64,000 bases of DNA from Holophagaceae bacterium (GCA_041263285.1 JBFSVS010000001.1:18519-82518), one strand, 5' to 3'; positions 1 through 11,581 are shown, numbered from the stretch's first letter. Program-made: numbers and translations. Notes: generated by a model from the letters alone, not told the origin.

Positions 1-1
1 G

Positions 2-403
2 ATTCTTAAATTCGTTGTGGATGAGCCGCCTCAGCCTGACCTCATTCGTCTCGATCAGTGGAGTAATGAGCGTCAATTTATTCATGCCCCAACGGATCGA
101 TGTCGATTCTGTCTCGAAGGGATCACCGAATTTCTTGATACCCCCTGGCAAATAAAAACAAGTGCTCTATGTGGAACCCCTGGGGTTCAGTTGAGAGTCA
201 ATCCAGCTCGAGATCTGGATCTTATTTCCCTATCCAATCGACTTAAATACAGAAAAGATTCGGACTGGAAACGGACCCCACTTTTCATTCAGGGAAAAGA
301 GGGGGATGTAGCCATCACCATATTCAAAGATGGTCGAATGATATTTCGAGGTGACATTCTGCCTGAGAGAGCACAGCATTGGTTCCATGAGGTTTTGGGA
401 TGA
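2..403 (+). CDS. ThiF/MoeB-family E1-like adenylyltransferase, C-terminal portion only (5' end outside window)
   Basis: The frame is open back to base 2, so the GTG at 17 in the ORF track is probably not the real start. It has a CxxC (DRCRFC), then 'LCGTPGVQLR', and ends 'ITIFKDGRMIFRGDILPERAQHWFHEVLG'. This follows the C-terminal extension of long Bacillus-type ThiF proteins as I recall them (CPSC ... LCG..VQIR ... LFRDGRALIHGT...A..IY..WIG). The stop overlaps the next start (ATGA at 400-403). Confidence 0.6.
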   Translation: MLKFVVDEPPQPDLIRLDQWSNERQFIHAPTDRCRFCLEGITEFLDTPWQIKTSALCGTPGVQLRVNPARDLDLISLSNRLKYRKDSDWKRTPLFIQGKEGDVAITIFKDGRMIFRGDILPERAQHWFHEVLG

Positions 404-996
404 TTCGAATTTTACTGGCTTCTCGTAATAGCGGAAAACTCAGAGAATTTGAGACCCTCCTCCCTGAGGTTCATTGGTTTACCCTACCGGCCACAGTGAG
501 TGAATTACCCGAAACGGGGACTTTTTTTGAAGAGAATGCACGACAAAAACTAGAGGCCGCACGATCTTGGTATGAACAACAGTCAGCTCTATTGGTGGAT
601 GGAATTCTTTCCGATGATTCAGGGTTGTGTGTGGATGCTCTCTGGGGTGGCCCCGGTGTTTTGACAGCCCATTTCGGACCTGGCCTCAGTGCTCAAGAAA
701 GAAATATCAAACTCTTAACTTTACTTAATCCCTACGATCCCAGATCAGCTCGCTATGTCTGTGTACTGGCTTGGTGGCAACCCAATCAGGGGATAAAAAT
801 ATTTTCAGGGGTCGCCGAAGGCTCTCTCGCTAGGACCCCTAGGGGCTGTAAAGGTTTTGGATACGATCCCATCTTTCAACCCTATCCCTCAGAGAAAACC
901 TTTGGAGAAATGGAAGACTTAGACAAAAATCTCGTGAGTCACCGAGGATTAGCCACCCAGGCTCTTAGGAACTATTTAGAGCTTTCTCAAAAATAA
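400..996 (+). CDS. rdgB: Non-canonical purine NTP pyrophosphatase (dITP/XTP pyrophosphatase, RdgB/HAM1 family)
   Basis: N-terminal 'LLASRNSGKLREF', plus 'GFGYDPIF' and 'SHRG' motifs. The 198-aa length is typical. Confidence 0.9.
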   Translation: MIRILLASRNSGKLREFETLLPEVHWFTLPATVSELPETGTFFEENARQKLEAARSWYEQQSALLVDGILSDDSGLCVDALWGGPGVLTAHFGPGLSAQERNIKLLTLLNPYDPRSARYVCVLAWWQPNQGIKIFSGVAEGSLARTPRGCKGFGYDPIFQPYPSEKTFGEMEDLDKNLVSHRGLATQALRNYLELSQK

Positions 997-1044
997 ACTT
1001 GCTTTTTATAAGTCAGGCCCTCAAGGTAAAGAACTGACAGTTCA

Positions 1045-1220
1045 ATAACGTTTTCGATGTCGGGAAGCTGGTTAAAATCCAGCACTGCCCCGCAACGGTA
1101 AGCACCATGATTAGTATGCTCATGAGACTTAAAAATTTTGGTCACTGAGTTTGACTCGGGAAGACCAAAGTTGGGAGTGTATTTCCCGTCGTGTGTAAGT
1201 CCGGAGACCGGTCGTAAACA
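1045..1220 (+). promoter_or_regulatory. Cobalamin (adenosylcobalamin) riboswitch
   Basis: Conserved core elements occur in the right order: 'GGGAAgctGGTtAAAATCC', B12-box-like 'CTGCCCCGCAACGGTAAG', 'GTCACTG', 'GGGAAGACC' and 3' 'AGTCCGGAGACCGGTC'. It sits directly upstream of a TonB-dependent receptor plus BtuFCD-like operon. Confidence 0.85.
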
Positions 1221-1284
1221 TCATGAAACCTAGCCGGGGGGCTTGCGTCATTGGAATTTAGTTCCAACTCAAATCCTTGGCCTC

Positions 1285-3330
1285 ATGCGGAGGCATGAAG
1301 TGAAATTCATATCCTTTTCTATCTTTTTAATGGTAACCCTATCTCTTGGTGGGCAAGAATCTGCCTTGCTTGAATCTGAGATCAAGAGGAGTCCCTCGGC
1401 CGTTGTATCCGTAATGGCCGAATTTGGTCAGGTTGACCTCAGAAAAACACCTAACCATATCCGTGTCCTCACTCAGGTAGATATTGAACGATATGGGGCC
1501 AAGACGCTCGGGGATTTATTAGCCTCAACAGTCCCCGGACAGGTTCTGTCGACGGGCGGACCTGGCTCTGCAGCGACCTTGCGTATTGGAGGAAGCCGGC
1601 CTGAGGATGTCACTGTTTTATTGAATGGTATTCGTATCAATGATGCCGCAGGGCTAGGAGCGGTGAATCCTAATAGCATTTCTCTCGTCGGGATCAAGCG
1701 TATAGAAATTATTGAAAGTAATGCCTCAACCCTTGTTGGATCAGGAGCCATGGGCGGTGTCGTTGCGCTTTATACAGATAACAATTCCCTGAAAGATGAA
1801 AAAAATAGTGTTGACGTCTCGCTCGGTAATCAAACTTATCAAAACTTAAGATCTTCATTGCACACGCAATGGAAAGAAGGTTGGCTTCAAGGCTCTATTG
1901 ATGCGAGTCGAGAGAGCCTCTCTACCCCGACTGCTCGAAGCTATCGAAGCATTGGTACTCACTTAGGGGTGGGTCAAGCCGTAGAAAATCACTCTTTCTT
2001 TCTGGACTATCGTAACTTTTATCAGGGAGTTCCTATCCCTTATGTGAAAGTCGAATTAGGCCCTAGCCCTCGGCCCTCGTCAGATTACGATGCAAATCGA
2101 AATTTCCAACTTCGTAATGAACAATTGAGTCTTCGCTATGAAACAGAATTACCAAATTCCATCCCCCTTTCCTTCCATTTTGGATCTTCATCCCAATCGC
2201 GATTAGAACCCAAATATAACAACTCGGGGTATGATCCGTATGAAAGTCGAAGAACAGAAGGTGGCCTGAAAGCTCGTTGGCAATGGTCAACAAATTTATC
2301 CTTCGCGTACCGGCTGGAATTATTTGAAGAACAAGCACAGACTCCTGCCTATCCTTTGGGTATAGATCAAGGCTCTGCCCATCACTTGTCTAATTCCATT
2401 GAGTCCCATTGGCAAGCTTCCGAAATCTTTCGTTTTCTTGTTACCTTTCGAGAAGATTACGATAAGCAACGCTTCACAACGGCTTCATCTGGATTTAGTA
2501 TTGAACCCTTGACGTCTCGATCCCATACATGGCGTTTGGGGGTAACCTATCTTCCGAAAAAACAATGGATAGGCCAAGAGGAGAAATGGTTTATCTCTTT
2601 GGGCACAGGCTTCAGCCTGGCTCCACTAACCAGCAGCCTCTACCATGCCCAAAATATGCTAGATCCTAACAGCTACGGGTATGATCCGACTCGCTATACA
2701 AAGTTAGAAACCGAAGAAGGCTCTTACATTCATTTAGGTTATGAAACTTATTGGGATCGGTATCAACTTCAATTCAAATTATCTCGATTACACCATCGTA
2801 ATCTTGTTTACTTTGATCTTAATTCTTTTGACTACGCAAATGGACAGAACTTAAGAATTCAGAGTGCTGAAATGATTTTGACCTATCGTGGCGATGGTTG
2901 GAATGCGAGGGGATCTTATCGAAATCAAGAGGCTCGTCAACTCGACGTCCCCCAAGTACAGCAGTTAGTTACCAGCGCTTCTATCCGACGCCCCTTCAAT
3001 ATTCTTTCACTTGGGGTTGATCAACAATGGAAAGAAGTTCGTGCCAATCTTCAATGGAGCTATTCTGGAAGCCATTACGATAATTTTGGTGGTTTTCCAG
3101 CTAGGTTAGGCGCTTATCGCCACCCCTTTCAAGATTTAAGTCTTGGGGTGTCTTGGTTGAAGAGTTCATCACTAGAGGTCACTCTTCGGGGACAGCATTT
3201 GTTACAGCCTAGGGTCACCCTCCAAGATTGGCTCTCTCGGAAATATGATTTTACGAATAATGCTCAGCAACTATATGGCTTTCCAGCCCAAGAACCGATT
3301 GTCAGCCTAGGCATAAAGTATCTTTTTTGA
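1285..3330 (+). CDS. TonB-dependent outer-membrane receptor, BtuB-like (cobalamin/corrinoid uptake inferred from riboswitch)
   Basis: Signal peptide 'MRRHEVKFISFSIFLMVTLSLGGQ'. Plug-domain motifs 'RIGGSRPEDVTVLLNGIRINDA' and 'IEIIESNASTLVGSGAMGGVV'. Ends with an aromatic residue ('GIKYLF'). An alternative TTG start lies at 1243. Confidence 0.85.
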   Translation: MRRHEVKFISFSIFLMVTLSLGGQESALLESEIKRSPSAVVSVMAEFGQVDLRKTPNHIRVLTQVDIERYGAKTLGDLLASTVPGQVLSTGGPGSAATLRIGGSRPEDVTVLLNGIRINDAAGLGAVNPNSISLVGIKRIEIIESNASTLVGSGAMGGVVALYTDNNSLKDEKNSVDVSLGNQTYQNLRSSLHTQWKEGWLQGSIDASRESLSTPTARSYRSIGTHLGVGQAVENHSFFLDYRNFYQGVPIPYVKVELGPSPRPSSDYDANRNFQLRNEQLSLRYETELPNSIPLSFHFGSSSQSRLEPKYNNSGYDPYESRRTEGGLKARWQWSTNLSFAYRLELFEEQAQTPAYPLGIDQGSAHHLSNSIESHWQASEIFRFLVTFREDYDKQRFTTASSGFSIEPLTSRSHTWRLGVTYLPKKQWIGQEEKWFISLGTGFSLAPLTSSLYHAQNMLDPNSYGYDPTRYTKLETEEGSYIHLGYETYWDRYQLQFKLSRLHHRNLVYFDLNSFDYANGQNLRIQSAEMILTYRGDGWNARGSYRNQEARQLDVPQVQQLVTSASIRRPFNILSLGVDQQWKEVRANLQWSYSGSHYDNFGGFPARLGAYRHPFQDLSLGVSWLKSSSLEVTLRGQHLLQPRVTLQDWLSRKYDFTNNAQQLYGFPAQEPIVSLGIKYLF

Positions 3331-3341
3331 TGGAATCCTCA

Positions 3342-4172
3342 ATGCGACTTATAGTTTTCAGCTTCTTTTGCAGCGCTTTACTTTGGTCTCAAGGACTCCC
3401 TCAGAGAATTGTGTCGCAAACCGTGGGGACGGATGAATTATTAGTCGATCTTTGCCAGCCTCATCGAATTGCTGCCTTGAGCTTTTTATCGAGAAATCCG
3501 GCCTATTCGGACGTTGTCCTTGCGGCAGAAAGATTTCCTCAAGTTCAGGATGGAAGTGCAGAGCAAATTCTCAAGTACAAACCGGATCTAGTCTTATTTA
3601 CGAATTACTCAAGACCTGAACTAGTGGAACAAATTAAAAGAGCAGGTATTCCCATTTTAGTCTTTGATCGCTTCAACACGCTCGAAGATGTTTATGGAAA
3701 TATTCGTAAACTCGGTAAGGCGCTGGGTAGGGCTCAGGCTGCAGAGTCTCTTATTCGTCAATGCGAAGACCGAGTCTCTGTTCTTCAAAAACGCCTACAA
3801 GGAGTTATCCCTCGCCGTGTCATAGCCCCCTCTTCATATCATTACCTCGCGGGTCTCGAAACTACCTTTCAGGATTTATGTGATCATGCAGGCGCAATCA
3901 ATGTAGCTGGAGAAGCCGGCCTACGGGGTCACAGCCCGACTCCTACTGAGGCTTTGATGCGATGGAGCGTCGATTATTTGGTCCTTTCAGACACTGGTGC
4001 TCGGGATAAATTAACTACCCTAAGAAAACATCCTTCTTTTGGGATGTTGCCAGCAACCCAAATGGGGCGAGTCGTTTGGATTCCCGAGGCGCTTCTGTCG
4101 AGTGTTACGCACCGTCGAATCCGAGGTTATGAGATGATGGCTCAACAACTTTATCCCGAGTTATTCCGATGA
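3342..4172 (+). CDS. ABC transporter periplasmic substrate-binding protein, BtuF/FecB class
   Basis: Signal peptide 'MRLIVFSFFCSALLWSQG'. The class III binding-protein layout ('PDLVLF', 'IPILVF') and operon position between receptor and FecCD permease support the call. Alternative starts at 3327 or 3330 overlap the receptor stop. Confidence 0.8.
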   Translation: MRLIVFSFFCSALLWSQGLPQRIVSQTVGTDELLVDLCQPHRIAALSFLSRNPAYSDVVLAAERFPQVQDGSAEQILKYKPDLVLFTNYSRPELVEQIKRAGIPILVFDRFNTLEDVYGNIRKLGKALGRAQAAESLIRQCEDRVSVLQKRLQGVIPRRVIAPSSYHYLAGLETTFQDLCDHAGAINVAGEAGLRGHSPTPTEALMRWSVDYLVLSDTGARDKLTTLRKHPSFGMLPATQMGRVVWIPEALLSSVTHRRIRGYEMMAQQLYPELFR

Positions 4173-5146
4173 AAAAATATCCACTTATCCTAGGATTGAT
4201 CACCCTTGCTTTGAGCATCTTATTCTTTGCGTCGATTATTTGGGGGGAAGTCTACCTATCTTTTCCAGAATTATGGGATGGGCTAAGACGTACCGATCCG
4301 GTGGTGCAAAGTATTCTTTGGAATATTCGTCTTCCTCGAGCATTAGTGGCAATGGCGGTTGGCGCCAGCCTTTCAATTTCGGGTTTAATGATGCAGGCCT
4401 ATTTCAAAAATCCTCTAGCCTCTCCCGGCTTGCTTGGGGTTTCGAGCGGTGGTGCTCTTGGGGCTGTTCTCTATATTGGATACGGTTCTAACTGGCTTGG
4501 AATGTGGGGACTCCCCGGTGCTTCGATGGCCGGAGCTTTCTTGGCTACATTCTTGGTCCTATCGCTCTCAGAGATTGGTCTTGGAACTCAGAGATTGCTT
4601 CTAGCGGGAATTGCTCTCAATGCCCTTTTGGGAGCCGCCACTAGCTTTGTTTTATCGCTCTCTGTTTCCTCATTTGAACGCTCAGGTCAAATACTATTTT
4701 GGCTCTTGGGTAGTCTTGAAGATCGGACATGGGAACACGTATGGGTGAGCTTGCCACTCACCGTGGCTCTTGGTTTTTTTATTACGTCCTTAGGTTCACC
4801 CATGAATCTTTTAAGTTTAGGTGAATCTGGAGCGCAAAGTTTAGGTGTCAATGTTCGTCAATTTCGCTGGAAGATGATTATTCTTTCCACTCTCCTGACG
4901 GCCGTAGCTACGGCTGTAGCGGGCGTGATAGGTTTTGTGGGTCTCATTATCCCCCATATTTTCAGACTTCTTTTGGGCCCTGATCATAAACGACTGATTC
5001 CTTGTTGTCTCATCGGCGGTGCAGCGTTTCTTCTTGGATGTGATCTGATATCCCGAACATTGAATATAGGTTTGCGGGTTGGAGTGATCACTTCATTGAT
5101 TGGGGGCCCTTTCTTTCTTTGGCTTCTCCAAAAGCGTGCCGTATGA
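4169..5146 (+). CDS. FecCD-family ABC permease (BtuC-like)
   Basis: About 10 hydrophobic segments, 'RLPRALVAMAVGASLSISGLMMQ' and 'GFVGLIIPH' motifs typical of BtuC/FecCD. ATGA overlap with the upstream gene. Confidence 0.85.
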   Translation: MKKYPLILGLITLALSILFFASIIWGEVYLSFPELWDGLRRTDPVVQSILWNIRLPRALVAMAVGASLSISGLMMQAYFKNPLASPGLLGVSSGGALGAVLYIGYGSNWLGMWGLPGASMAGAFLATFLVLSLSEIGLGTQRLLLAGIALNALLGAATSFVLSLSVSSFERSGQILFWLLGSLEDRTWEHVWVSLPLTVALGFFITSLGSPMNLLSLGESGAQSLGVNVRQFRWKMIILSTLLTAVATAVAGVIGFVGLIIPHIFRLLLGPDHKRLIPCCLIGGAAFLLGCDLISRTLNIGLRVGVITSLIGGPFFLWLLQKRAV

Positions 5147-5865
5147 GTTCCGTTCTCAAAACAAAAGATCTCCAGGTTGTACATCGTTTAAATCCGATGT
5201 CTTTGACCTTTCAATCCGGCTCACTAATCGCCATTATCGGACCAAATGGCTCGGGTAAATCCACATTTCTCCAGGCGATTTCAGGCTTGCTCTCCTATGA
5301 CGGAGAGGTCATCTGGAACGGATTTAATCTCAATGATATTCCGGTCTATCAGCGAGCTCAACAATTGGCTTGGGTTGGCCCAGAGCCTAATTTTCAATTT
5401 CCTTTCACCGTTCAGGAAGTTCTTCGTATGGGTCGTTTCGCTCGGGGTGAGGATAGTCACAATCTAGAGCCTTACTTAAAGGACATGGACTTAGTAAGTC
5501 TAGCTGATCGCCCGATTACCCAAATTAGTACAGGGGAAAAGCAACGCACTTTATTAGCGCGCGCCATGGTGACTCAAGCTCCTATTCAATGTTGGGACGA
5601 ACCCCTTTCATCTCTTGATATTCGGCATCAGTTAGAAATTCTGATGAAGGCAAGAGCGATGGCCAATGCAGGTGCTACTATCTTGATTTCACTTCATGAC
5701 TTAAGAGTTGCTCATTGTATGGATCAAGTTGTTTTACTCGATCAAGGAAATTTGATAGCCTGCGGATCGCCAGCCCAAGTCCTTACCCCGGCCTTACTCC
5801 GACAAGTCTTTGGTGTGCTCTCTCGTGAATCGATGGGCTTAGTTCTTGAACTCCCCCCTAAATAG
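5143..5865 (+). CDS. ABC transporter ATP-binding protein (BtuD/FepC-like)
   Basis: Walker A 'GPNGSGKST', signature 'STGEKQR', Walker B 'IQCWDEP'. I chose the ATG at 5143 because it forms an ATGA overlap with the permease stop. Confidence 0.85.
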   Translation: MSSVLKTKDLQVVHRLNPMSLTFQSGSLIAIIGPNGSGKSTFLQAISGLLSYDGEVIWNGFNLNDIPVYQRAQQLAWVGPEPNFQFPFTVQEVLRMGRFARGEDSHNLEPYLKDMDLVSLADRPITQISTGEKQRTLLARAMVTQAPIQCWDEPLSSLDIRHQLEILMKARAMANAGATILISLHDLRVAHCMDQVVLLDQGNLIACGSPAQVLTPALLRQVFGVLSRESMGLVLELPPK

Positions 5866-6011
5866 AGGTCCATAAAGGGTAATATAGTTATATTTTTAAA
5901 ATATAAGAATTGTAATAATTACACTTAACATCATTTTATTGACGCCCAAATCTTTTTCTTGTTTTTTTCGCTTTTTGGGTCATTCTATTAATCCTGACTT
6001 GGAGATAACTT

Positions 6012-7067
6012 ATGGCTGCGACTGACCGCGACGAACGCATCAAGACCCTCTCACGAACTTTAGCTGATATCGAAAAAAGCTACGGTAAGGGTTCGATTAT
6101 GAAATTAGGGGAACGTGAAAACGTGGCTGAGGGCCTAGAAATAATTTCTACAGGCTCAATTGCTCTCGACGCTGCTCTAGGTGTTGGCGGGATTCCCAAG
6201 GGCCGTATTGTTGAAGTCTATGGTCCAGAATCTAGCGGTAAAACCACTTTGGCTCTACATATGGTTGCCGAAGCTCAAAAAGCAGGTGGTATAGCAGCCT
6301 ACATTGATGCAGAACACGCACTGGATCCTGATTATGCAAAAAAGTTGGGCGTCGATGTTGAGAATCTCTTCATTAGTCAACCTGATTCAGGAGAACAGGC
6401 CCTCGAGATTTGTGATCAACTTGTTAAATCAGGATCGCTAGATATCATTGTTATTGATTCTGTAGCTGCTCTTGTACCGAAAGCAGAAATTGATGGGGAA
6501 ATGGGAGATAGTCATGTAGGCCTACAGGCTCGCCTGATGAGTCAAGCTCTGAGGAAAATGGCTGGAACCATTAGCAAAACCAATACCTGCGTTGTTTTCA
6601 TTAATCAAATTCGTATGAAGATCGGCATTATGTTTGGTAATCCTGAAACGACAACCGGGGGAAATGCGTTGAAATTTTATGCTTCGGTACGTTTAGATGT
6701 TCGAAGTGTTCAGAGCATCAAGGGTAATACATCAGACCCTCTTGTTGCCGCAAAAGATGAAGATGCTTCCGTCATTGGTAAAAAAACTAAAGTAAAAGTT
6801 GTCAAAAATAAAGTAGCTCCCCCTCTCAAAGTTATTACGTTCGACATTATGTATGGCGAGGGTATTTCAAGACCTAGCGAATTAGTTGAATTGGCAACGA
6901 CACTTGAAATCATTCAGAAGAGCGGATCGTGGTTCAGCTATAAAGAATCACGTCTAGGACAGGGAAGCGATAATATTCGAAAATTATTTATCGATAATCC
7001 CGAAATGGCCGATGAAATTGAAAATCAAATTCGAGAAAAGTTAGGTTTAAAGGCAAAAATAAAATAA
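6012..7067 (+). CDS. recA: Recombinase RecA
   Basis: '[12 protein letters not shown]' (Walker A), '[10 protein letters not shown]', '[34 protein letters not shown]'. The match to RecA is unambiguous. Confidence 0.97.
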   Translation: MAATDRDERIKTLSRTLADIEKSYGKGSIMKLGERENVAEGLEIISTGSIALDAALGVGGIPKGRIVEVYGPESSGKTTLALHMVAEAQKAGGIAAYIDAEHALDPDYAKKLGVDVENLFISQPDSGEQALEICDQLVKSGSLDIIVIDSVAALVPKAEIDGEMGDSHVGLQARLMSQALRKMAGTISKTNTCVVFINQIRMKIGIMFGNPETTTGGNALKFYASVRLDVRSVQSIKGNTSDPLVAAKDEDASVIGKKTKVKVVKNKVAPPLKVITFDIMYGEGISRPSELVELATTLEIIQKSGSWFSYKESRLGQGSDNIRKLFIDNPEMADEIENQIREKLGLKAKIK

Positions 7068-7096
7068 ACACCACTCCTGGAAGGGGTAGCGCTAAA

Positions 7097-7122
7097 ATGA
7101 CGAGCAGTAGTCTGCTCGTCAT
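7097..7122 (+). terminator. Perfect 11-bp stem / 4-nt loop hairpin downstream of recA (no U-tract)
   Basis: 'ATGACGAGCAG-tagt-CTGCTCGTCAT', 30 nt after the recA stop. It is followed by 'agagggg', not a T-run, so it could be a terminator, an mRNA stabiliser or a protein site. Confidence 0.35.
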
Positions 7123-7142
7123 AGAGGGGCAAGGAGTAGTTC

Positions 7143-8093
7143 TTGAGTTTTGTTGTTCATACAGTCGATTTGAGGGAATTCCTAGAGGGAAGTCCTAGCG
7201 AGAGGCAGTCCTTTTCTCGTCAAATCGGTGAAAGCCTGAAAAATACAGGATTTGTTAAAGTCTCGGGACATAGCATTACCCCTCAGCGTCTTAATCATGC
7301 CTATCAGGACATCAAGGCTTTTTTTGTACTTCCTGAGGTTACTAAAAATCAATACATCGTTCAGGGCTCAGGGGGGGCAAGAGGCTACACGTCGTTTGGA
7401 CAAGAGCACGCCAAAGATAATCCCATTCCAGATCTAAAGGAATTTTGGCATGTTGGACAAGAAAATCCACCCGACGGGTTTGATCCTTCCATCTATTTCA
7501 GAAATCTTTGGCCCCATGAAACTCCTCGATTTAAAGAAAGCCTGTGGAGTCTTTATCGTGATCTTGAAGTATGTTCGCAGCAGTTATTAGAATCCCTAGA
7601 ATTGTATTTTGATCTTCCTCACCGCCATTTAGCCGATATGGTAGTCCAAGGTAATTCGATTTTGAGGCTGATCCATTACCCTGCCCTTAAAGACCGATTT
7701 ATTCCAGGAGGTGTCCGAGCCTCAGCCCATGAAGATATCAATTTGATCACCTTGCTTCCAGCTGCAACAGAGAGTGGCCTTGAGCTACAGGATCGAGAGG
7801 GGCATTGGCATGCTGTGGATGGATTAGAAGGAGAAATAGTGGTTGATGCGGGCGATATGCTGAGCCGCCATGTAAACGGAATTATTCCGAGTACGACTCA
7901 TCGCGTGGTAAATCCTAAATCACCAGATGATGTTCGCTACTCTATGCCCTTTTTTGCACATCCAAGGCCGGAAGTGATACTCGATTGTCCACCCTCTTTG
8001 CTCAAAGAGGGAGCGCTAAAAAAATATTCTCCCATCCGAGCTAATGACTTTCTTATACAGCGTTTGATAGAAATTGGGCTTATCAAACCATAG
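7143..8093 (+). CDS. 2-oxoglutarate/Fe(II)-dependent oxygenase (isopenicillin-N-synthase-like family)
   Basis: 'LRLIHYP', HxD 'HEDINLITLL', distal 'STTHRV' facial triad and 2OG-binding arrangement. TTG start. Confidence 0.8.
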   Translation: MSFVVHTVDLREFLEGSPSERQSFSRQIGESLKNTGFVKVSGHSITPQRLNHAYQDIKAFFVLPEVTKNQYIVQGSGGARGYTSFGQEHAKDNPIPDLKEFWHVGQENPPDGFDPSIYFRNLWPHETPRFKESLWSLYRDLEVCSQQLLESLELYFDLPHRHLADMVVQGNSILRLIHYPALKDRFIPGGVRASAHEDINLITLLPAATESGLELQDREGHWHAVDGLEGEIVVDAGDMLSRHVNGIIPSTTHRVVNPKSPDDVRYSMPFFAHPRPEVILDCPPSLLKEGALKKYSPIRANDFLIQRLIEIGLIKP

Positions 8094-8141
8094 GAAAGTA
8101 AGTTCGACTATGTATCGATCCAATTCTTCTCAGGAACCCTT

Positions 8142-9137
8142 ATGATCCAGGATCGCATTGGTCGACCCCTTACTGCACTCAGGGTATCCGTAATTGACCG
8201 TTGTAATTTGAGATGTACGTACTGTATGCCTGCAGATGTGTTCAATAAGAATTATACTTACCTAAAATCCAATGAAATTTTAACTTTTGATGAAATACAA
8301 CAAGTTGTTCAATCCGCAATGCAGGTGGGTGTTCGAAAGATCAGATTGACCGGTGGTGAACCCCTCTTGCGCCCTAACCTCTCTGAGCTCGTCAAAAAGA
8401 TTAAGTCAGTTGGGATCGATGAAATTGCCCTCACCACCAACGGTCTCTTATTGGATGAACATGCTGAGACCCTTTACGATGCAGGTCTTGATCGAGTCAC
8501 CATAAGCTTAGATACCCTTAGCTCCTCTATTTTTCAGAAGATGTCTGGTACATCGGTATCGATCCAGAAGGTTTTCAGTGGCATTAGAGCCGCTCAAAAG
8601 ACTGGATTTCTAAGTATTAAAGTGAATGCGGTAATTCAGCGCGGTATGAATGACGGTGAAATACTGCCATTGGCTCACTTCGCACGGACCGAAGGAATTC
8701 ATCTCCGCTTCATTGAGTTTATGGATGTGGGCCACACAAATCAATGGTCTAAAGATCAAGTGGTATCGGGTCGAGAAATCCTAGAAGTACTCAAAAGCCG
8801 TTGGGATTTGGTCCCCATTCCTCCGAAAAAAAATCATGTTGCTCAAGATTGGATCTATGAAGACGGCTTGGGTAAAGTAGGATTTATTAATTCCGTTAGC
8901 GAGGCCTTCTGTGGCGGCTGTGATCGAGGTCGATTGACTGCCGATGGAATTTTCTATACATGTTTATTCTCCGCTAAAGGCCACGATCTCAAAAGAGCCT
9001 TGAGAGAATCTTATGATGCCGATCTACTAACGCAAATACTGAAGTCACAATGGTCTGAAAGAGAAGATCGTTACTCGGAATTACGTGCGGATAAAAACGA
9101 GCAACCTCGAATGGAAATGAGTCGAATAGGCGGTTAG
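8142..9137 (+). CDS. moaA: GTP 3',8-cyclase MoaA (radical SAM, molybdenum cofactor biosynthesis)
   Basis: 'CNLRCTYCMP' radical-SAM cluster, 'IRLTGGEPLLR', C-terminal 'CGGCDRGRLTADG' second cluster, ends 'GG'. Confidence 0.9.
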   Translation: MIQDRIGRPLTALRVSVIDRCNLRCTYCMPADVFNKNYTYLKSNEILTFDEIQQVVQSAMQVGVRKIRLTGGEPLLRPNLSELVKKIKSVGIDEIALTTNGLLLDEHAETLYDAGLDRVTISLDTLSSSIFQKMSGTSVSIQKVFSGIRAAQKTGFLSIKVNAVIQRGMNDGEILPLAHFARTEGIHLRFIEFMDVGHTNQWSKDQVVSGREILEVLKSRWDLVPIPPKKNHVAQDWIYEDGLGKVGFINSVSEAFCGGCDRGRLTADGIFYTCLFSAKGHDLKRALRESYDADLLTQILKSQWSEREDRYSELRADKNEQPRMEMSRIGG

Positions 9138-9592
9138 CCTAATCGGACTCGAACGGCTTGGAGGCAAGCTGTCCATACGCTGTCCGGGGTTTCATCAATA
9201 AAGAATTCGATGGCATTACCGGCAGGGCGACCCTCGGGATGCTGACTCCAGTCTTCAAAGAGTTGATCCAGGGGTTTGCGATCTAAGGGATTAGCTTTCA
9301 TTTTATGAGATCGCCTCATACGATCCGGATCCGGGCCCCGCAAGCTCATGCCTTGACGAGGAACGGATCTGAAAACAAAAGCATGACACCATTGATTGCT
9401 TAGAAATAAATTGAAATGTAAAAAACTTCCATGTCCTGAATGTGTAGCGGTAATGCTTTTATTTTTTCCTACCCATGCTGCTCGCCACGTTTCAATTACT
9501 TGAATTGCTCGCTCTCGATCGGAGGCATTTTTAATATGGGCTCGAACACTGATAAAGAAATCATCAATCGATTCTTGTTCTAAGTCATTCAC
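9134..9592 (-). CDS. Hypothetical protein, co-transcribed with thiC
   Basis: 152-aa ORF starting 3 nt after the thiC stop on the same strand. I recognise no family. Confidence 0.45.
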   Translation of the reverse strand: MNDLEQESIDDFFISVRAHIKNASDRERAIQVIETWRAAWVGKNKSITATHSGHGSFLHFNLFLSNQWCHAFVFRSVPRQGMSLRGPDPDRMRRSHKMKANPLDRKPLDQLFEDWSQHPEGRPAGNAIEFFIDETPDSVWTACLQAVRVRLG

Positions 9593-9595
9593 AGG

Positions 9596-11410
<1,815 letters not shown>

Positions 11411-11581
11411 TTATACTCCCTGACTTATATGCGTTGAGCCTCAGTTTACTCCAAACAAAGCCAGGGACTCTAGGCTGTCTGAATGTCTAACATCTTGGAA
11501 TATAGAGCCCTTGATGCCCCCCTACACCCCCCTTATGAAGCAATCCTTCTTGGCTTTTATTAATCTTGATATCTTTAAGGC

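Noticed and set aside
7-9. TAA near the window start that at first looked like an in-frame stop bounding the first ORF
   Set aside because: Recounting shows it is out of frame. The ORF frame (2, 5, 8 ...) is open to the window edge, so the first gene is a truncated ThiF-type gene, not a stand-alone 128-aa protein.
8094-8141. Possible Moco riboswitch upstream of moaA
   Set aside because: The intergenic region is only 48 nt, too short for the roughly 130-nt Moco RNA motif.
11411-11581. Expected a TPP (THI-box) riboswitch upstream of thiC
   Set aside because: After reverse-complementing the leader I found only a G-rich start ('GGGGGGTGTAGGGGGG'). The CUGAGA / CCUGAUCUGG...CCAGCG / GGGA core was missing. 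I therefore did not annotate it as a feature and kept it as a finding to be tested with cmsearch.
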